This document shows, piece by piece, positions 16,705-27,273 of a stretch of DNA of 64,000 bases. Source of the stretch: Myxococcota bacterium (GTDB lineage: Bacteria > Myxococcota_A > SURF-8). Within the stretch, counting starts at the first letter, position 1, and each line of letters opens with the position of its first letter. The stretch spans positions 4,360,986 to 4,424,985 of the forward strand of contig OZ223209.1 of the NCBI GenBank assembly GCA_965140415.1, in the 5' to 3' direction. The notes beneath the pieces are model-generated. The model worked only from the letters and a program-made list of their open reading frames with translations. It had not been told where the DNA came from and searched no databases. Made by a program: the position numbers and the translations under genes.

Positions 16705-19700
16705 TCACTCACCCATTCTCGATGCGGATCGATTTGCCAGGCTGCGAAATCTTCGCCCGGCAAGGAGTCGCGCAGGCCCCTGTCCGTTGAAAATGCAAAA
16801 CCAAGACCGGCAAAAAATCCGTGCTGGAGGCGATCCGGGTAGAAGTCGTACGAAATCTCCGGGGCAACACGCAACCAGCTAAGCGGCCAGAAATTGTATC
16901 GTCCTTCCAGATGCACCTGATGCCGGTACAACCAGCCATCCCGATCGGCGTCGTCTGCAAGCGGTTGGAACCCATAATAGATCTCGCCCTGGAATCTGCC
17001 GAAAGCGATCTGATCGCCAATTCGCAACGCGAACCGGTCAGGCGAGTAGAAATCGTCGTTGGTGATGTAGCGCATGGACATAAACAGGCTGTTGTTAATC
17101 CAAGGCTGCCATGCCATACGCAACCCGGCAAACAATCCGTAAGGATGATCCTTTCCATAGGGAGAGTAGACGTCCTCATCCATGTAATCCGGCACTTTGC
17201 GTAAGGTCCAGTCGTTCAAGCCCTGCCACTTCCAGAACGCACCGATTTCCGGTGTTAAAGAGAAACTGGAATTCGGCTCGAATCTGCGCCCGATACTGCC
17301 ACTGAGCCGATTACCGCCAGCCAATCCCGTTTGAGTGTCCTGAACGGCGAACCGATTGGACAAGCTTATCCGCAATTCCGGTCCAGGAGTGATCCAGTAT
17401 AGCTTTCCTTCAAGCAGGCTGGTCGGAGCCTCGTCTAACCGGAAGCGGCCCTCCGCCGCCATCGCCAGCCACAGATCCGCCCCTTCGACCCGACGTTTAT
17501 ACCCGAGCCGCGTGGACAAATAGTGGTCGACCTCTTTAATCGGGCCGGTTTCATCGCGCAGTTCTCTACGTACACCCACTAAAAACGACAGCGTCCCCAT
17601 ACCGCTGTCATAGGACACCGGATAGTCTTCCATCAAACGTAATGGAGTGGTAGTGGAAACCGGCATTGAGGCGGTGGCGGTTTCCGTTTTCTTGGACTTC
17701 CGCCGATCTTCCAAACGAACTCCCTCGCCGCGATCCGCTTCCCGGGTATACAGTCGCAGTAACGCCGTAGACTGATTGGTCGGCCCAATCACGATGTGAT
17801 AGTTTTCCGCATCTTCCAACCATAGTTGACGGCTGCCATCGGACATGATCTGGAACGGCTCTACCGAATTTCCGTTCGTCCGAACCTGCACATCCACGGC
17901 AGAAGCGACGCCCGATCTTTCAAAGGAATCGACACGCAGAATCGTCGGACCCAACAAATGGAAACTCACCGGGCGCGCCGCGCTTGCACGCACTAACGAT
18001 GTCTGCACGACCGGCAATAACCAGTACACATCGCCATCTTGTTGCGTCGGAATCCCTGCGACCTGCCGATCCACACCGAAACGAACGGTCGTTGCCGGAG
18101 TGTACAGATGCGAAGCAGGCCAGTGGTACAACTCAAGAATGTAATCCCCCGCTGTGGCCAAAGGTCTTTTCAACCTGCGCACTTCGCCTCGTTTAAGGTC
18201 CACGGTTTCAACGGAGACGCCATTCAACAACATCTCTATACGACAGGCTACAGGCGCATCGTGTACGGGCGGCGAAAACTGATAGCAACCGACCTCCATT
18301 ACGGCGTTGGCGGACCCATCCACCGGAAGATGCACGGAGATCGAAGAACCGGGTAACAGCATTTCCGCTGCGCCAACCTCTTCTTTCATACCCAATATCG
18401 CTTTCAGTAACGCCAGGTAGTTTTCATGCGCCTGGGGCAACAGGCGGGCTGCCTCTTCGCTGATGCGTTCCACCCCATCCATGCGCTCCACTCCGGCAAG
18501 CGGTTCCCAGTGGGTCGCCGACCAGAGCAGCGGGAACCACAGCCCCAAAGCGTCCCAATGCGTCTGCTCGTTCCAGCGTGCGGCACGTTGCAACATCGCC
18601 CGGAAAGACGATGGAACGGGTTCGCCTGCTCCCACTTTTTGTGCGGCTGTTTGTATCCACCACGGTAAACAACCGGTATGCGACACACCTTTGAGCACCA
18701 AATCACTACAGGTGAGCATAGACTGCTCGTTACGCCCCTTTTCTACCTGCTTGACAAAACGTCGCCGCAGTTTCTCGCTCGCCGGACCGTGTCTCTCACC
18801 AACATCCACAGTAGCCGATAACGGAAGCGGTTTCTCGAAAGTAGCCGTACGATTGCAATAGCCGCGATCCAGCCGCTCCCTCAATCCAAGCATGCGCTGC
18901 TCGTTTTCCTGAGTTTTTGACACTTCGGCAGCGGCTCGCATCAGGTCTTCGCGAGCAAATTTCGTGTGCCCCAACCGACACAGGCAATCCGAGCGTTGCA
19001 ACAACCATTCACCACGTTGCTCGTTTTTTTCCGCTGGGAGGGCAGCCAGTTTCTCGCTTAGCGACTGTACCTCTTTCAACCGGCGGAAATAGTCAGACGT
19101 GCTTTCCTGCTTCGCAGTAGCAGTCACCTCCGGTTCGTTAACTCCCTCCAGTGGCCGGGGCATACGCAGCAGCATGCGAACGTGCCAGGCCTGCCGTGCA
19201 GCAGGGTCCATCCGCACGCGAATGCGCTCGGAGCAATCCCCGGTCTGGAATGAAATGGAAACGGGTTGTGAAACGAAGGCATTGGGGCGGTTTGCCAATG
19301 GATAGCGGATACCGCTCGAACCGGAATTAACCTGTAATTGTACTTCTCTTGCTCCCATGCCCACGGTAAAGGTCACGGCCTCATCGGCGGAAGCAGTCGT
19401 GGGCGGGAATGCCTGGAACAGGGCATAACCACTGTATCCTTCCCTGGGAGCCTCGAAAACTACATCCTCTCCCGGCTTCACTTCCCAGGCCTGCACCAGC
19501 TTGGCTCCAGCCACTTGATCGCTTTGCCGTTCGATCATGCGCACCTGCATCCAGACATCCACGTCGTTGCGAGTCATCACGCGGACGGGCACGGAATCCG
19601 CCACCAGCACTCGATGCAATTGAACGGGAGCCGTCGAGGTTAGCCAGACCGGCGTTTCATCGAAACGCAACTGTGCTCGCGCGTCTTTACCGGACGTAAT

Positions 19701-21473
19701 CAGAGTCAAGGATCTTGCCACATTCGGTGCAAAACGAGAGGAGGTCAGCGTCGGTTGCTCTCCCAAACGCACAAGCGACAATCCTCCCGGCAGCGCATCG
19801 CTTTCAGGATATAGGGAACGCTGCTGGAAAACATACTCGCCGTGGTTGAATTCGTCTGCGGGCGGTTCCAGTTGTTGCCATATCGAATCGAGATACCACA
19901 ACTCACGTAAAGCACTGATCTGCTCCGTGCTTGCTTCTCCCTTTCGTAACGACGGCTCCAGTTGCCAGCCGGGATAGTAATAGCTGAACTGCGTGAAAAC
20001 ATGCTCCACCTGCTCGCGCCGGAACTGTTCCCCGCGTCGATCTTCCCAGGTCATCGATTCATGCGGCACGTCTACATCAAGCAACTGTAACCCTTGCTCC
20101 AATTCGGAAACGGTAAGAATCTCTCCTTCCGCCGAACAGTGATCCAAACGAAACGCGATCAGCTTCAGTATTTCTTCAGAGAATGCGGATTGATTGATCA
20201 AATGGCCATAATGCAGTTGCGCCACGTCGCATTGACCCAGGCGAATCGCCTGTTCGGTCTTTTCGAAGCAGGAGAACGAATCATGATCGTCGGAATAAAG
20301 AGCGTTCAGATTCTCTTCCCCATGCGCGGCATCTTCAATATGGCGTTTGTGCGTGCCGCTCTGAATGGACCACCAGGAGGCACGGCCACTCAACTCAACA
20401 TGAAATCGGTGTTCGCCGGGAGGCACAAACACTTTGATCGTATCCCGCTTACCTAAAACGGCTCCCAAAGGCGAACGCAGTAGCGGAGCTTCTATCATCC
20501 ATTCGTTTTCCGAATACGGTTCCCGATCCGGATACACCGGAATCGCATGTTCGAAAACGGAATCGCCATCTCGACGGACGCTCAATAAGGTTTCTTCTAA
20601 AACAGGCGTCGGCTCCAGCCTTACTTCCGGGCGGTATCGAATTTGCAATACGGCGGGACCGGTTGCGGTAAACTCGAAGGGCCGCTGCCCTCGGCAATAT
20701 TGCAGTTCCTGATCCTCATCTTCCAACAGGTCGAAACATTCTTTGCCCGCCAGCTTTGACAGATCCACCACGTCATAGGCCCATTCCATCATTGGACGCT
20801 GACGGCTGACCTCCCAGATCGCCTGCTGTTGCAGAAACAACCGCACTCGTTCCGGTTTTACCTGTTCTGCCAGACCGCTGAAATGCACCCATTCCGATAA
20901 AAACCATAAGCGATCCGCAAGACTGCTCTGCACGGTCAACGGAGAATTTTCAGGGCGACCGGGTCGTAAGGCCGCCCGTTGCGCCCAATCCTTCAAACCT
21001 TCCTCGTAGTGCTCCCACACATAACTCCCAGAAACGGTACTGGCCATCCCGACCTTTAGCGAGGCATCTTTCCTACTGATCTGCCGACACATGATGGCCG
21101 GATCGCCCGGCATGCGCAAAAAGGCATCCGCCTGCAAAGTCTGTCCGTCTTTTTCCGTCGGGTACCAGGCCACGCCCTGCCCGTCCAGGGAAAGCCGGAT
21201 ATAGGGATTCTCATCCGAGTCGGCAGCCGGGCTGAAAAGCAGGATGTTACTGGAAGTCGATTCGGCACATAAGTAACGACCGGCTTTGGCTTTATAGGGA
21301 CGCAGCGCTCTAAGCGCTTTTCCGCTTGCGGGATCGAGTGTTTCATTCAACGTGAATGTACGAACCGGAGCGACGAGCAACGTGGGGTTCTCTGTTTGAG
21401 CAGACAACGGCATCGCACTGCAAAGCAGCAGCCAATTAACTGCAAGACAAATTGTCCACCAAAGTCGTTTCAC
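16698..21473 (-). CDS. Giant secreted protein (about 1,591 aa) with a beta-barrel-like C-terminal region
   Basis: GTG 21473 gives MKRLWWTICLAVNWLLLCSAMPLSAQ with AGGTGG 9 nt upstream; the listed ATG 21515 would overlap the upstream gene. The last ~300 aa have alternating aromatic/hydrophobic beta-strand patterning and end in ...REWVSEW. Confidence 0.7.
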   Translation of the reverse strand: MKRLWWTICLAVNWLLLCSAMPLSAQTENPTLLVAPVRTFTLNETLDPASGKALRALRPYKAKAGRYLCAESTSSNILLFSPAADSDENPYIRLSLDGQGVAWYPTEKDGQTLQADAFLRMPGDPAIMCRQISRKDASLKVGMASTVSGSYVWEHYEEGLKDWAQRAALRPGRPENSPLTVQSSLADRLWFLSEWVHFSGLAEQVKPERVRLFLQQQAIWEVSRQRPMMEWAYDVVDLSKLAGKECFDLLEDEDQELQYCRGQRPFEFTATGPAVLQIRYRPEVRLEPTPVLEETLLSVRRDGDSVFEHAIPVYPDREPYSENEWMIEAPLLRSPLGAVLGKRDTIKVFVPPGEHRFHVELSGRASWWSIQSGTHKRHIEDAAHGEENLNALYSDDHDSFSCFEKTEQAIRLGQCDVAQLHYGHLINQSAFSEEILKLIAFRLDHCSAEGEILTVSELEQGLQLLDVDVPHESMTWEDRRGEQFRREQVEHVFTQFSYYYPGWQLEPSLRKGEASTEQISALRELWYLDSIWQQLEPPADEFNHGEYVFQQRSLYPESDALPGGLSLVRLGEQPTLTSSRFAPNVARSLTLITSGKDARAQLRFDETPVWLTSTAPVQLHRVLVADSVPVRVMTRNDVDVWMQVRMIERQSDQVAGAKLVQAWEVKPGEDVVFEAPREGYSGYALFQAFPPTTASADEAVTFTVGMGAREVQLQVNSGSSGIRYPLANRPNAFVSQPVSISFQTGDCSERIRVRMDPAARQAWHVRMLLRMPRPLEGVNEPEVTATAKQESTSDYFRRLKEVQSLSEKLAALPAEKNEQRGEWLLQRSDCLCRLGHTKFAREDLMRAAAEVSKTQENEQRMLGLRERLDRGYCNRTATFEKPLPLSATVDVGERHGPASEKLRRRFVKQVEKGRNEQSMLTCSDLVLKGVSHTGCLPWWIQTAAQKVGAGEPVPSSFRAMLQRAARWNEQTHWDALGLWFPLLWSATHWEPLAGVERMDGVERISEEAARLLPQAHENYLALLKAILGMKEEVGAAEMLLPGSSISVHLPVDGSANAVMEVGCYQFSPPVHDAPVACRIEMLLNGVSVETVDLKRGEVRRLKRPLATAGDYILELYHWPASHLYTPATTVRFGVDRQVAGIPTQQDGDVYWLLPVVQTSLVRASAARPVSFHLLGPTILRVDSFERSGVASAVDVQVRTNGNSVEPFQIMSDGSRQLWLEDAENYHIVIGPTNQSTALLRLYTREADRGEGVRLEDRRKSKKTETATASMPVSTTTPLRLMEDYPVSYDSGMGTLSFLVGVRRELRDETGPIKEVDHYLSTRLGYKRRVEGADLWLAMAAEGRFRLDEAPTSLLEGKLYWITPGPELRISLSNRFAVQDTQTGLAGGNRLSGSIGRRFEPNSSFSLTPEIGAFWKWQGLNDWTLRKVPDYMDEDVYSPYGKDHPYGLFAGLRMAWQPWINNSLFMSMRYITNDDFYSPDRFALRIGDQIAFGRFQGEIYYGFQPLADDADRDGWLYRHQVHLEGRYNFWPLSWLRVAPEISYDFYPDRLQHGFFAGLGFAFSTDRGLRDSLPGEDFAAWQIDPHREWVSEW

Positions 21474-21493
21474 GTTATACGCCACCTTTGTCC

Positions 21494-24097
21494 CTAGCGT
21501 CCTGCCGATTTCCAAATCATGTATCCCTGTCCGACTTTCGGTTTCTCGACGGACGCGAATGCACGAACCCAGACTTCCCCCTGCCCTTTCAGCGTCAGGC
21601 GCAGCTGATGTCCGCCTGCCGCCGCTTCTTCAAACAGCGTCATCATAAATACTTCCGGCTGGCGAACCGTTTGCGAACGGGCGGCATCCAACACGGCGGA
21701 ACTGGTCGGAGCGATCATCAACTCCAACTCCTTATTGGCCGGTGTCACACCGGTCGAAATCGCCCAGCTTTTCAAGCGCGGTGCTCCCCGATCCAGTAAG
21801 CCGCTTAAGCGGGTTGCGCTGCGTTTTTTACCCACGCCATACGCCAGTACATTAATCGTTCGTTTGCCGCGCCCGGAATGCGAAACCGGAAGCAACATGG
21901 AACCGTCTTTTTGCAACCGGCAAACCGTGCGCATCGCAAAAACATCCGCCCACGGAGCCTGCTTGACCGGCAGGTTGATCCAGTAACGCCCACCCTGTGA
22001 AGGTGCATGGAGCAGAACCTGATGTTCCCCACTTGCAACACGTTCGCTTAGTTCACCAACGACCATTCGAGCAGGACCGCCGGTTACCTTCTTGGTTTCC
22101 CATGTCAGACTAACCAGTTCTCCCAGTCGTTCGGAATTCCCCAGATCGTAACGCAGCATTACAGGACGCCCCAGGTAATCCTCCGGCACCGTCACATCGT
22201 AGTTCTGGCCCGGTCGAATTTCGGTGAACGTTCCATAACTCCAGGGCATCTCCCGCTCGGCTGGATCTTTTAAAGGCTCCAGCAACCCGGAACAGGTGGG
22301 AGTCCCCTGCGGTTGCAGCACTTCGTAGAAATTCGTCAACGATTCCTCGCCCGGCACAGGCAGATCCAATCGAGGCTGGGCGGCAATCCGCACCCTGCGC
22401 CCTTGTTTTATAAGACGCTTTTCAGCCAGCGGCGGAACCGCCATCCAGCGGGAACGCGCGAAACTCTCGTTGCGCCAGCGATACGGTTCAACGTTTACAG
22501 CATACGCTTCGTCGAGTTGTTCCTCGCAATACAGACAACTTGGAGTCTGCACGATCACATCCACCGTTTCGGGCGAAGAAAGTCGCAGGGTATACTGACC
22601 TTCGGGAAAACGCAGAAAGCCCACCTGGGCATCACCGACAACCTGCGGGCTGGCCGGGTCCATGTCCGGATAGGATTCAAGCGCAGAAGGCAATGTAGTC
22701 GCCTGCATCTCGCCCGCGTACTTGACCTCTCCCTGCTGATCCACAACCTCGACCCCGATTGTGAACTGCGTTTCGCCTTTCTCCTCCGGCGTCATGGCCA
22801 GATAAGCCAACAGGCGCACGCTATCTCCTCTTCGTTGACCCGCATACAGTGGATACTCAACCGGCGACTGGCCAGGCAGAATGCGCGTAGCGGTAAAAGT
22901 TCTTGCCTTCGGTTGAATCAACGAAGCCGAATCTCCCACCAGTGGAGACGGCAACCACGTGACCTCTCCCAATACCGAGTCTCTCTCCCCCTTTTCCAAT
23001 AGAGGCGCGATCGACAGGTAATTCTCGCTTTGATTGGTGAGTGTCAGAGTCGTGGGTTGCGATTCGCTATAGCTGAATTCACCAAGCTTTCGAAAAGCTC
23101 CGCCCACGAGTTTGGTAGAAAGAGAACGGTCTTTCACCTGATCCGGCGCTATCAGCCATTGCAGCGACACAGTAGCGTCTATTGGTCCCGCCGGTGGTTC
23201 CGGTTCGGGTTTGCGAGCAGCCTGCTCGGCAAAGGACAAAGGTGCCGCCATTATCCGAGCTAGAACAGATAACGTCACCGGTCCACGCAGCGTAATCGCC
23301 AGCGCCTGCCCGGGAGCAAGCATGGAACCGGCAGTATCTTCAGGAAGCGGATCGGGACGTCTGTAGGTCGTCACAAATACCTGTGAAGTGGTGTAATCTA
23401 CCCCGCTCATACCCAAGGCCGTTAAGCGTTGCCAATCTTTGGACAGCAGCAGCTCGCGCTCCAAAGCGGTCAAATCACGCCAGTCGCTGCGGAAAATCCG
23501 TTCCGCCTGTCGGAACCTCTCCTCCGCCGTCAACGACAATTCCAGGCTGGTAATCTCCAGAATCGAGCGAGGTTGCGTGCGATACGCCCTTACAAACAAC
23601 GTTGCGTTAGGCCAACCAAGCAACTCCACCTGCATCGCGCCTTTTTCCTGCGGCACGTCCAAAGGCATATGCACCACCGTCAAGCGGTCATCGGTAATAG
23701 GATCGCCTTCGTTATTGAATGCGCATTCCTTCAACCAGACACCGTCTCTAAGTTCATCCTTGCTTTGCCGCGTTTCCACCCAGTATTCATGCGACCAACT
23801 TTCCGTCTCGCCCTGCTCCACAATGGAAATCCGCATACCGTAGGTGTAGGTTTTGTCCGGATCGTAAACCGAATTCTCCGGCAATTTCAAATGAGAAATC
23901 AGGCGCACATCACGATCGGAAGCGAATACGCCTAAAGACAGCGGGTTTTCCGGTGTCACGTCGTAATAGAGGATCGATTTGGCATTCGCCAGTTTCCAGT
24001 CCCAGGGATTCTGCCGTAGCAGATAATCTTTCGCGCCGAAAAGCATGATGGTAATCAGCACCAGCGCGAGCAACAACGGGCCCAGAATGCGCATCAT
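21494..24097 (-). CDS. N-terminally anchored periplasmic protein of unknown function (867 aa)
   Basis: MMRILGPLLLALVLITIMLFGA is a single N-terminal hydrophobic helix. I recognise no family. Its ATG overlaps the upstream stop as ATGA. Confidence 0.65.
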   Translation of the reverse strand: MMRILGPLLLALVLITIMLFGAKDYLLRQNPWDWKLANAKSILYYDVTPENPLSLGVFASDRDVRLISHLKLPENSVYDPDKTYTYGMRISIVEQGETESWSHEYWVETRQSKDELRDGVWLKECAFNNEGDPITDDRLTVVHMPLDVPQEKGAMQVELLGWPNATLFVRAYRTQPRSILEITSLELSLTAEERFRQAERIFRSDWRDLTALERELLLSKDWQRLTALGMSGVDYTTSQVFVTTYRRPDPLPEDTAGSMLAPGQALAITLRGPVTLSVLARIMAAPLSFAEQAARKPEPEPPAGPIDATVSLQWLIAPDQVKDRSLSTKLVGGAFRKLGEFSYSESQPTTLTLTNQSENYLSIAPLLEKGERDSVLGEVTWLPSPLVGDSASLIQPKARTFTATRILPGQSPVEYPLYAGQRRGDSVRLLAYLAMTPEEKGETQFTIGVEVVDQQGEVKYAGEMQATTLPSALESYPDMDPASPQVVGDAQVGFLRFPEGQYTLRLSSPETVDVIVQTPSCLYCEEQLDEAYAVNVEPYRWRNESFARSRWMAVPPLAEKRLIKQGRRVRIAAQPRLDLPVPGEESLTNFYEVLQPQGTPTCSGLLEPLKDPAEREMPWSYGTFTEIRPGQNYDVTVPEDYLGRPVMLRYDLGNSERLGELVSLTWETKKVTGGPARMVVGELSERVASGEHQVLLHAPSQGGRYWINLPVKQAPWADVFAMRTVCRLQKDGSMLLPVSHSGRGKRTINVLAYGVGKKRSATRLSGLLDRGAPRLKSWAISTGVTPANKELELMIAPTSSAVLDAARSQTVRQPEVFMMTLFEEAAAGGHQLRLTLKGQGEVWVRAFASVEKPKVGQGYMIWKSAGR

Positions 24098-27000
24098 GGC
24101 AGCACCTCCCCGTTGCAGACTCCGGCACCCTGGCCATACCGCAGCGTGTTGAGTTCCAACTCACCGGTGGTATTGATTTCCGCATCGCTTGCAGCAGGGC
24201 TTTCCATACGAACGACACAGCGCGGACCTTGATTGTCCTGCACGAGTAACAAGAAATATTTTCCGCTGCACGAATCACGCAACAGGCTCGGGAGCACGTC
24301 TCCCTTCCCTGCCTTTTCGGATATCGCTTTTAACAGCGAGACGTTTCGCAAGCGGGAAAACTCGTTTGCCAATTCCAGTGTTTCTTTCAATGTCGCGGAA
24401 GCCGGTTGTTCAGCGGGAATTTTTAAAACGTCTTCCATGCTGCTGGAAACCAGCGGATAACCGAGATCGCGAATGGTGGCGACCCAGCGAGCGATTTGCT
24501 CGCCGCCTGGCTGCTGCATTCTCACCTCCGCATTCACCCACAGTACCGCCGCCGATTGCGGGTCCAGCGATGCGGAATAGCGCAGTTGCAGATCATCCAC
24601 GCCCTTCAATCCAAGCTGGTATTTGTCTCCCGCATACAACTGCCATTTCAAGCCCTCCAGATCCAGATCGTGCAGCAGATCGTTCATCATCATCGAACGC
24701 GGCGAGCGCTCCGGCAGATCCATGGCAGCGGAAATCAACACGTCTTCATCAATCGGTCTGACTTTCGAAATGCCGCGAACGATCAGCACCCATGGCGTAG
24801 TCGCGCCCGGCTTAACGGGATAGGCTGCCCGATGCGCGGCATGGAATGGATTGACGACATTCTCCAACCTCGTGATGTCCGCCAGCCCGTCGCGTCGCGC
24901 CTGTAAATCCGCCGTAGCGACATACAAAGCCGACGCATTCAAGCGTCCATACAGATCCATGGCCATCTCGGCCACTCCGGTTTCCAGTAGCGGTCTGGGA
25001 ACTTCGATGGTCCAGCGAGACGATCCCGCGCGGAACAGGTAGGCTCCCCAATGTCTCTCGCCATGCGCTTCATGCAACAGCACTTCGAATCCCTTGCGCC
25101 CTTCCGAGCGAAAGAGGGACAGCTCATAACCCAATACCGAAGCACGCTGCTTGATCAAGGTCAAGCTCAGCCGCATATCGGTCTCACTGCGCTTATAGTT
25201 CAGTAGTTCACGCCGCAGCGGTCGAATGATCGCGTTTTCCAAGTAGGTCATCTCAATCGGCATCGGCGTTCGATACGCTTCCGAGTATGGCGGTGCAATC
25301 GCCTCTTCGTCGGAGTCGAGCAACTCGCGCAACGTCGCCAGGCCGGATTGCGACTGCTCCTGCTCGCTCGGCTCGCTTGTCGGCCATAGGTTAAGCAATT
25401 CCTGTTCGTTCAACACCAGTTCCATAAACTCGATATCCGCGCGGTTTCTGGCCGGATTCTTTTTCTCGTACGGATCGAAACGAATGCTGTAGGTTGGAAA
25501 ACGATTTTTCAACTCCGTAAGCGGCATGGCCTCCGGAACACGCTGCTGCACGTAGGCGACCGTCGGTCCCGGACTCGTGCGAATCTGCACGACGGCCTGT
25601 TTTGCGAGCAGTTCGTGTGCAACGGAAAATGGCGATCCCACCGCATGCAGCACCGACCGTTCACGAGGACGGAAAGAGCGCCAGCCGTTTACGAGCAACC
25701 CGCAGGCATGCACGGAAGGGAATATCGCCAGCGCGGCGTCCAGAGCCGCCGCTTCTTCATAAGGATACGGCACTTCAAGCAACACCCCGTCTTTGCAGCC
25801 GGGAACGAACACAACGGTGCCCCAGCCTTGCAATTGATGCAGCGGACTGTCCAGCGGCTCGCGCAATACGATCAAGGTGGTTTCCGGATCGTCCGGAAGT
25901 TGCGTTCGAACAACTTCCAGGTGCAGGCGCTTCAAGTCTTCGGTAAAGCTCTCATCCAGAAATTGGTTTCCGCGTACGATATTCTTGTTCAATACCAGGT
26001 TACGCACTCCGGCCAATACTCGCTGATAGCGCAGTCTGGCCGCAGCCGAGGTGGGACGGAAATCCTCCGGCAATACTGCAAAGGTCTGCACGGAGGCCAG
26101 ATGTAGTTGCAGCGGGTCCGCATCGAGCAATTGCGATTCGGCATGCGCAACCGAGGACTCGGCCACACCTTCAGCCACAAAGAGCTTATCCACCTGAAAC
26201 AGAGCCAAGCCGACGATGTTTCCGAAAATGAACGCCAGAAACGAAGTCAATAAAGTCGGACCGATCACCAGCGACCAACTGCGGCGCTCCCAGATATTCA
26301 ACGCAACCAGACTGGGCAGCAAATAACCGAAGCCGAACAGATCGGATACGCGAAAACCGGGAGCAGTTTCGGTAAAATAGTACCCGAGCATGAACTTCAA
26401 TCCCAGCCCTACCGTAAAAATCAGAATCAGTCGCCTGGAACCTTCCAGATTGCTGCGCATGAAAATCGGCAGCGAGGCGATCATCCAGGCGATTCCAGCC
26501 ACCAAAGAAGCTTCGACCAGCGTGGCTGCAACCTTTATCGGCATGTACCAGGCCACGGCCAACAGGGCCGGAATCATGATGCCGTTGAAATCCCAGCCCA
26601 GTTTCAAATTGAAACGAGCCGCCAGCATCATACCGACGATCAGTGTAATGTAAATTTTTGGAGAGCTGGCAAAGTCCAGCGCCAGATCCTGGAAAGTCAA
26701 TTCGAAGTTTGCAATGGAAAAATTCGTATTGGGAATCAGCAGATATACCAGAATCAAATAGGTCAAAACGACCGGCGTTCCCACCTGTATCGCTCCACGC
26801 ACGAATCCTGGCTTCCACATCGCGTGCGCCGTCAGCGGAACGATGACCAGGCCGATTCCGTATAGATGGCTCACCGCCTCCAGCGGCAGACCGAAAAGCT
26901 GCACGGTCCAGTCCGAAAGCGACTGGAAAAACCACGCCTCATAAAACAGGCGCACCAATAGACTGATAATGAAAAAGGCCAGAAAACGATCGCGACCGAA

Positions 27001-27267
27001 CAAGCTGTGCCACCAACCGAACCGGCTCAATAGTTCCGATAAGGTGTAAACCACCACATAGGTGGTTACGATTTCCATGCAGATCACCAAACCGGCTTGC
27101 GGCGCAATGACAAAAACCGAAGCCAGGTATCCGCTAACCACCAGACCGGCAAAACTCCAGCCCAGCGACTCGGTGAAGAAGGCATGGATCAGCAACCCGA
27201 TATAAATCGGAATCAGAATCGAGTTATCCAGCCCCCGAGAGGGGAAAATGGCAAGAACGTCTTCCAC
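24094..27267 (-). CDS. Tandem PgsC/CapC-like membrane domain fused to a ~700-aa soluble region with two internal repeats
   Basis: GTG start 6 nt after the upstream stop. Residues ~15-180 and ~205-360 each resemble B. subtilis PgsC from memory (FAGLVVSGYLASVF vs PAGLVVPGYLGLVF; FGRDRF vs YGRRKF; GIGLVIVPLTAHAMWKPG vs GIGIIVPGLIANTIQKQG; the second copy has NGIMIPALLA...GSRR...GFGYLLPSLVALN). The soluble part carries two similar modules (GWGTVVFVPG..LLEVPYPYEE and HWGAYLFRAG..TIEVPRPLLE). Confidence 0.8.
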   Translation of the reverse strand: MEDVLAIFPSRGLDNSILIPIYIGLLIHAFFTESLGWSFAGLVVSGYLASVFVIAPQAGLVICMEIVTTYVVVYTLSELLSRFGWWHSLFGRDRFLAFFIISLLVRLFYEAWFFQSLSDWTVQLFGLPLEAVSHLYGIGLVIVPLTAHAMWKPGFVRGAIQVGTPVVLTYLILVYLLIPNTNFSIANFELTFQDLALDFASSPKIYITLIVGMMLAARFNLKLGWDFNGIMIPALLAVAWYMPIKVAATLVEASLVAGIAWMIASLPIFMRSNLEGSRRLILIFTVGLGLKFMLGYYFTETAPGFRVSDLFGFGYLLPSLVALNIWERRSWSLVIGPTLLTSFLAFIFGNIVGLALFQVDKLFVAEGVAESSVAHAESQLLDADPLQLHLASVQTFAVLPEDFRPTSAAARLRYQRVLAGVRNLVLNKNIVRGNQFLDESFTEDLKRLHLEVVRTQLPDDPETTLIVLREPLDSPLHQLQGWGTVVFVPGCKDGVLLEVPYPYEEAAALDAALAIFPSVHACGLLVNGWRSFRPRERSVLHAVGSPFSVAHELLAKQAVVQIRTSPGPTVAYVQQRVPEAMPLTELKNRFPTYSIRFDPYEKKNPARNRADIEFMELVLNEQELLNLWPTSEPSEQEQSQSGLATLRELLDSDEEAIAPPYSEAYRTPMPIEMTYLENAIIRPLRRELLNYKRSETDMRLSLTLIKQRASVLGYELSLFRSEGRKGFEVLLHEAHGERHWGAYLFRAGSSRWTIEVPRPLLETGVAEMAMDLYGRLNASALYVATADLQARRDGLADITRLENVVNPFHAAHRAAYPVKPGATTPWVLIVRGISKVRPIDEDVLISAAMDLPERSPRSMMMNDLLHDLDLEGLKWQLYAGDKYQLGLKGVDDLQLRYSASLDPQSAAVLWVNAEVRMQQPGGEQIARWVATIRDLGYPLVSSSMEDVLKIPAEQPASATLKETLELANEFSRLRNVSLLKAISEKAGKGDVLPSLLRDSCSGKYFLLLVQDNQGPRCVVRMESPAASDAEINTTGELELNTLRYGQGAGVCNGEVLP

Positions 27268-27273
27268 CCGCGC

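Noticed and set aside
26186-26935. 249-aa minus-strand ORF inside the PgsC-like gene
   Set aside because: It is in an alternative frame of the same strand, fully embedded in the 1,057-aa gene, whose frame gives clear CapC-like membrane helices. The alternative translation is Gly/Arg-rich with no features.
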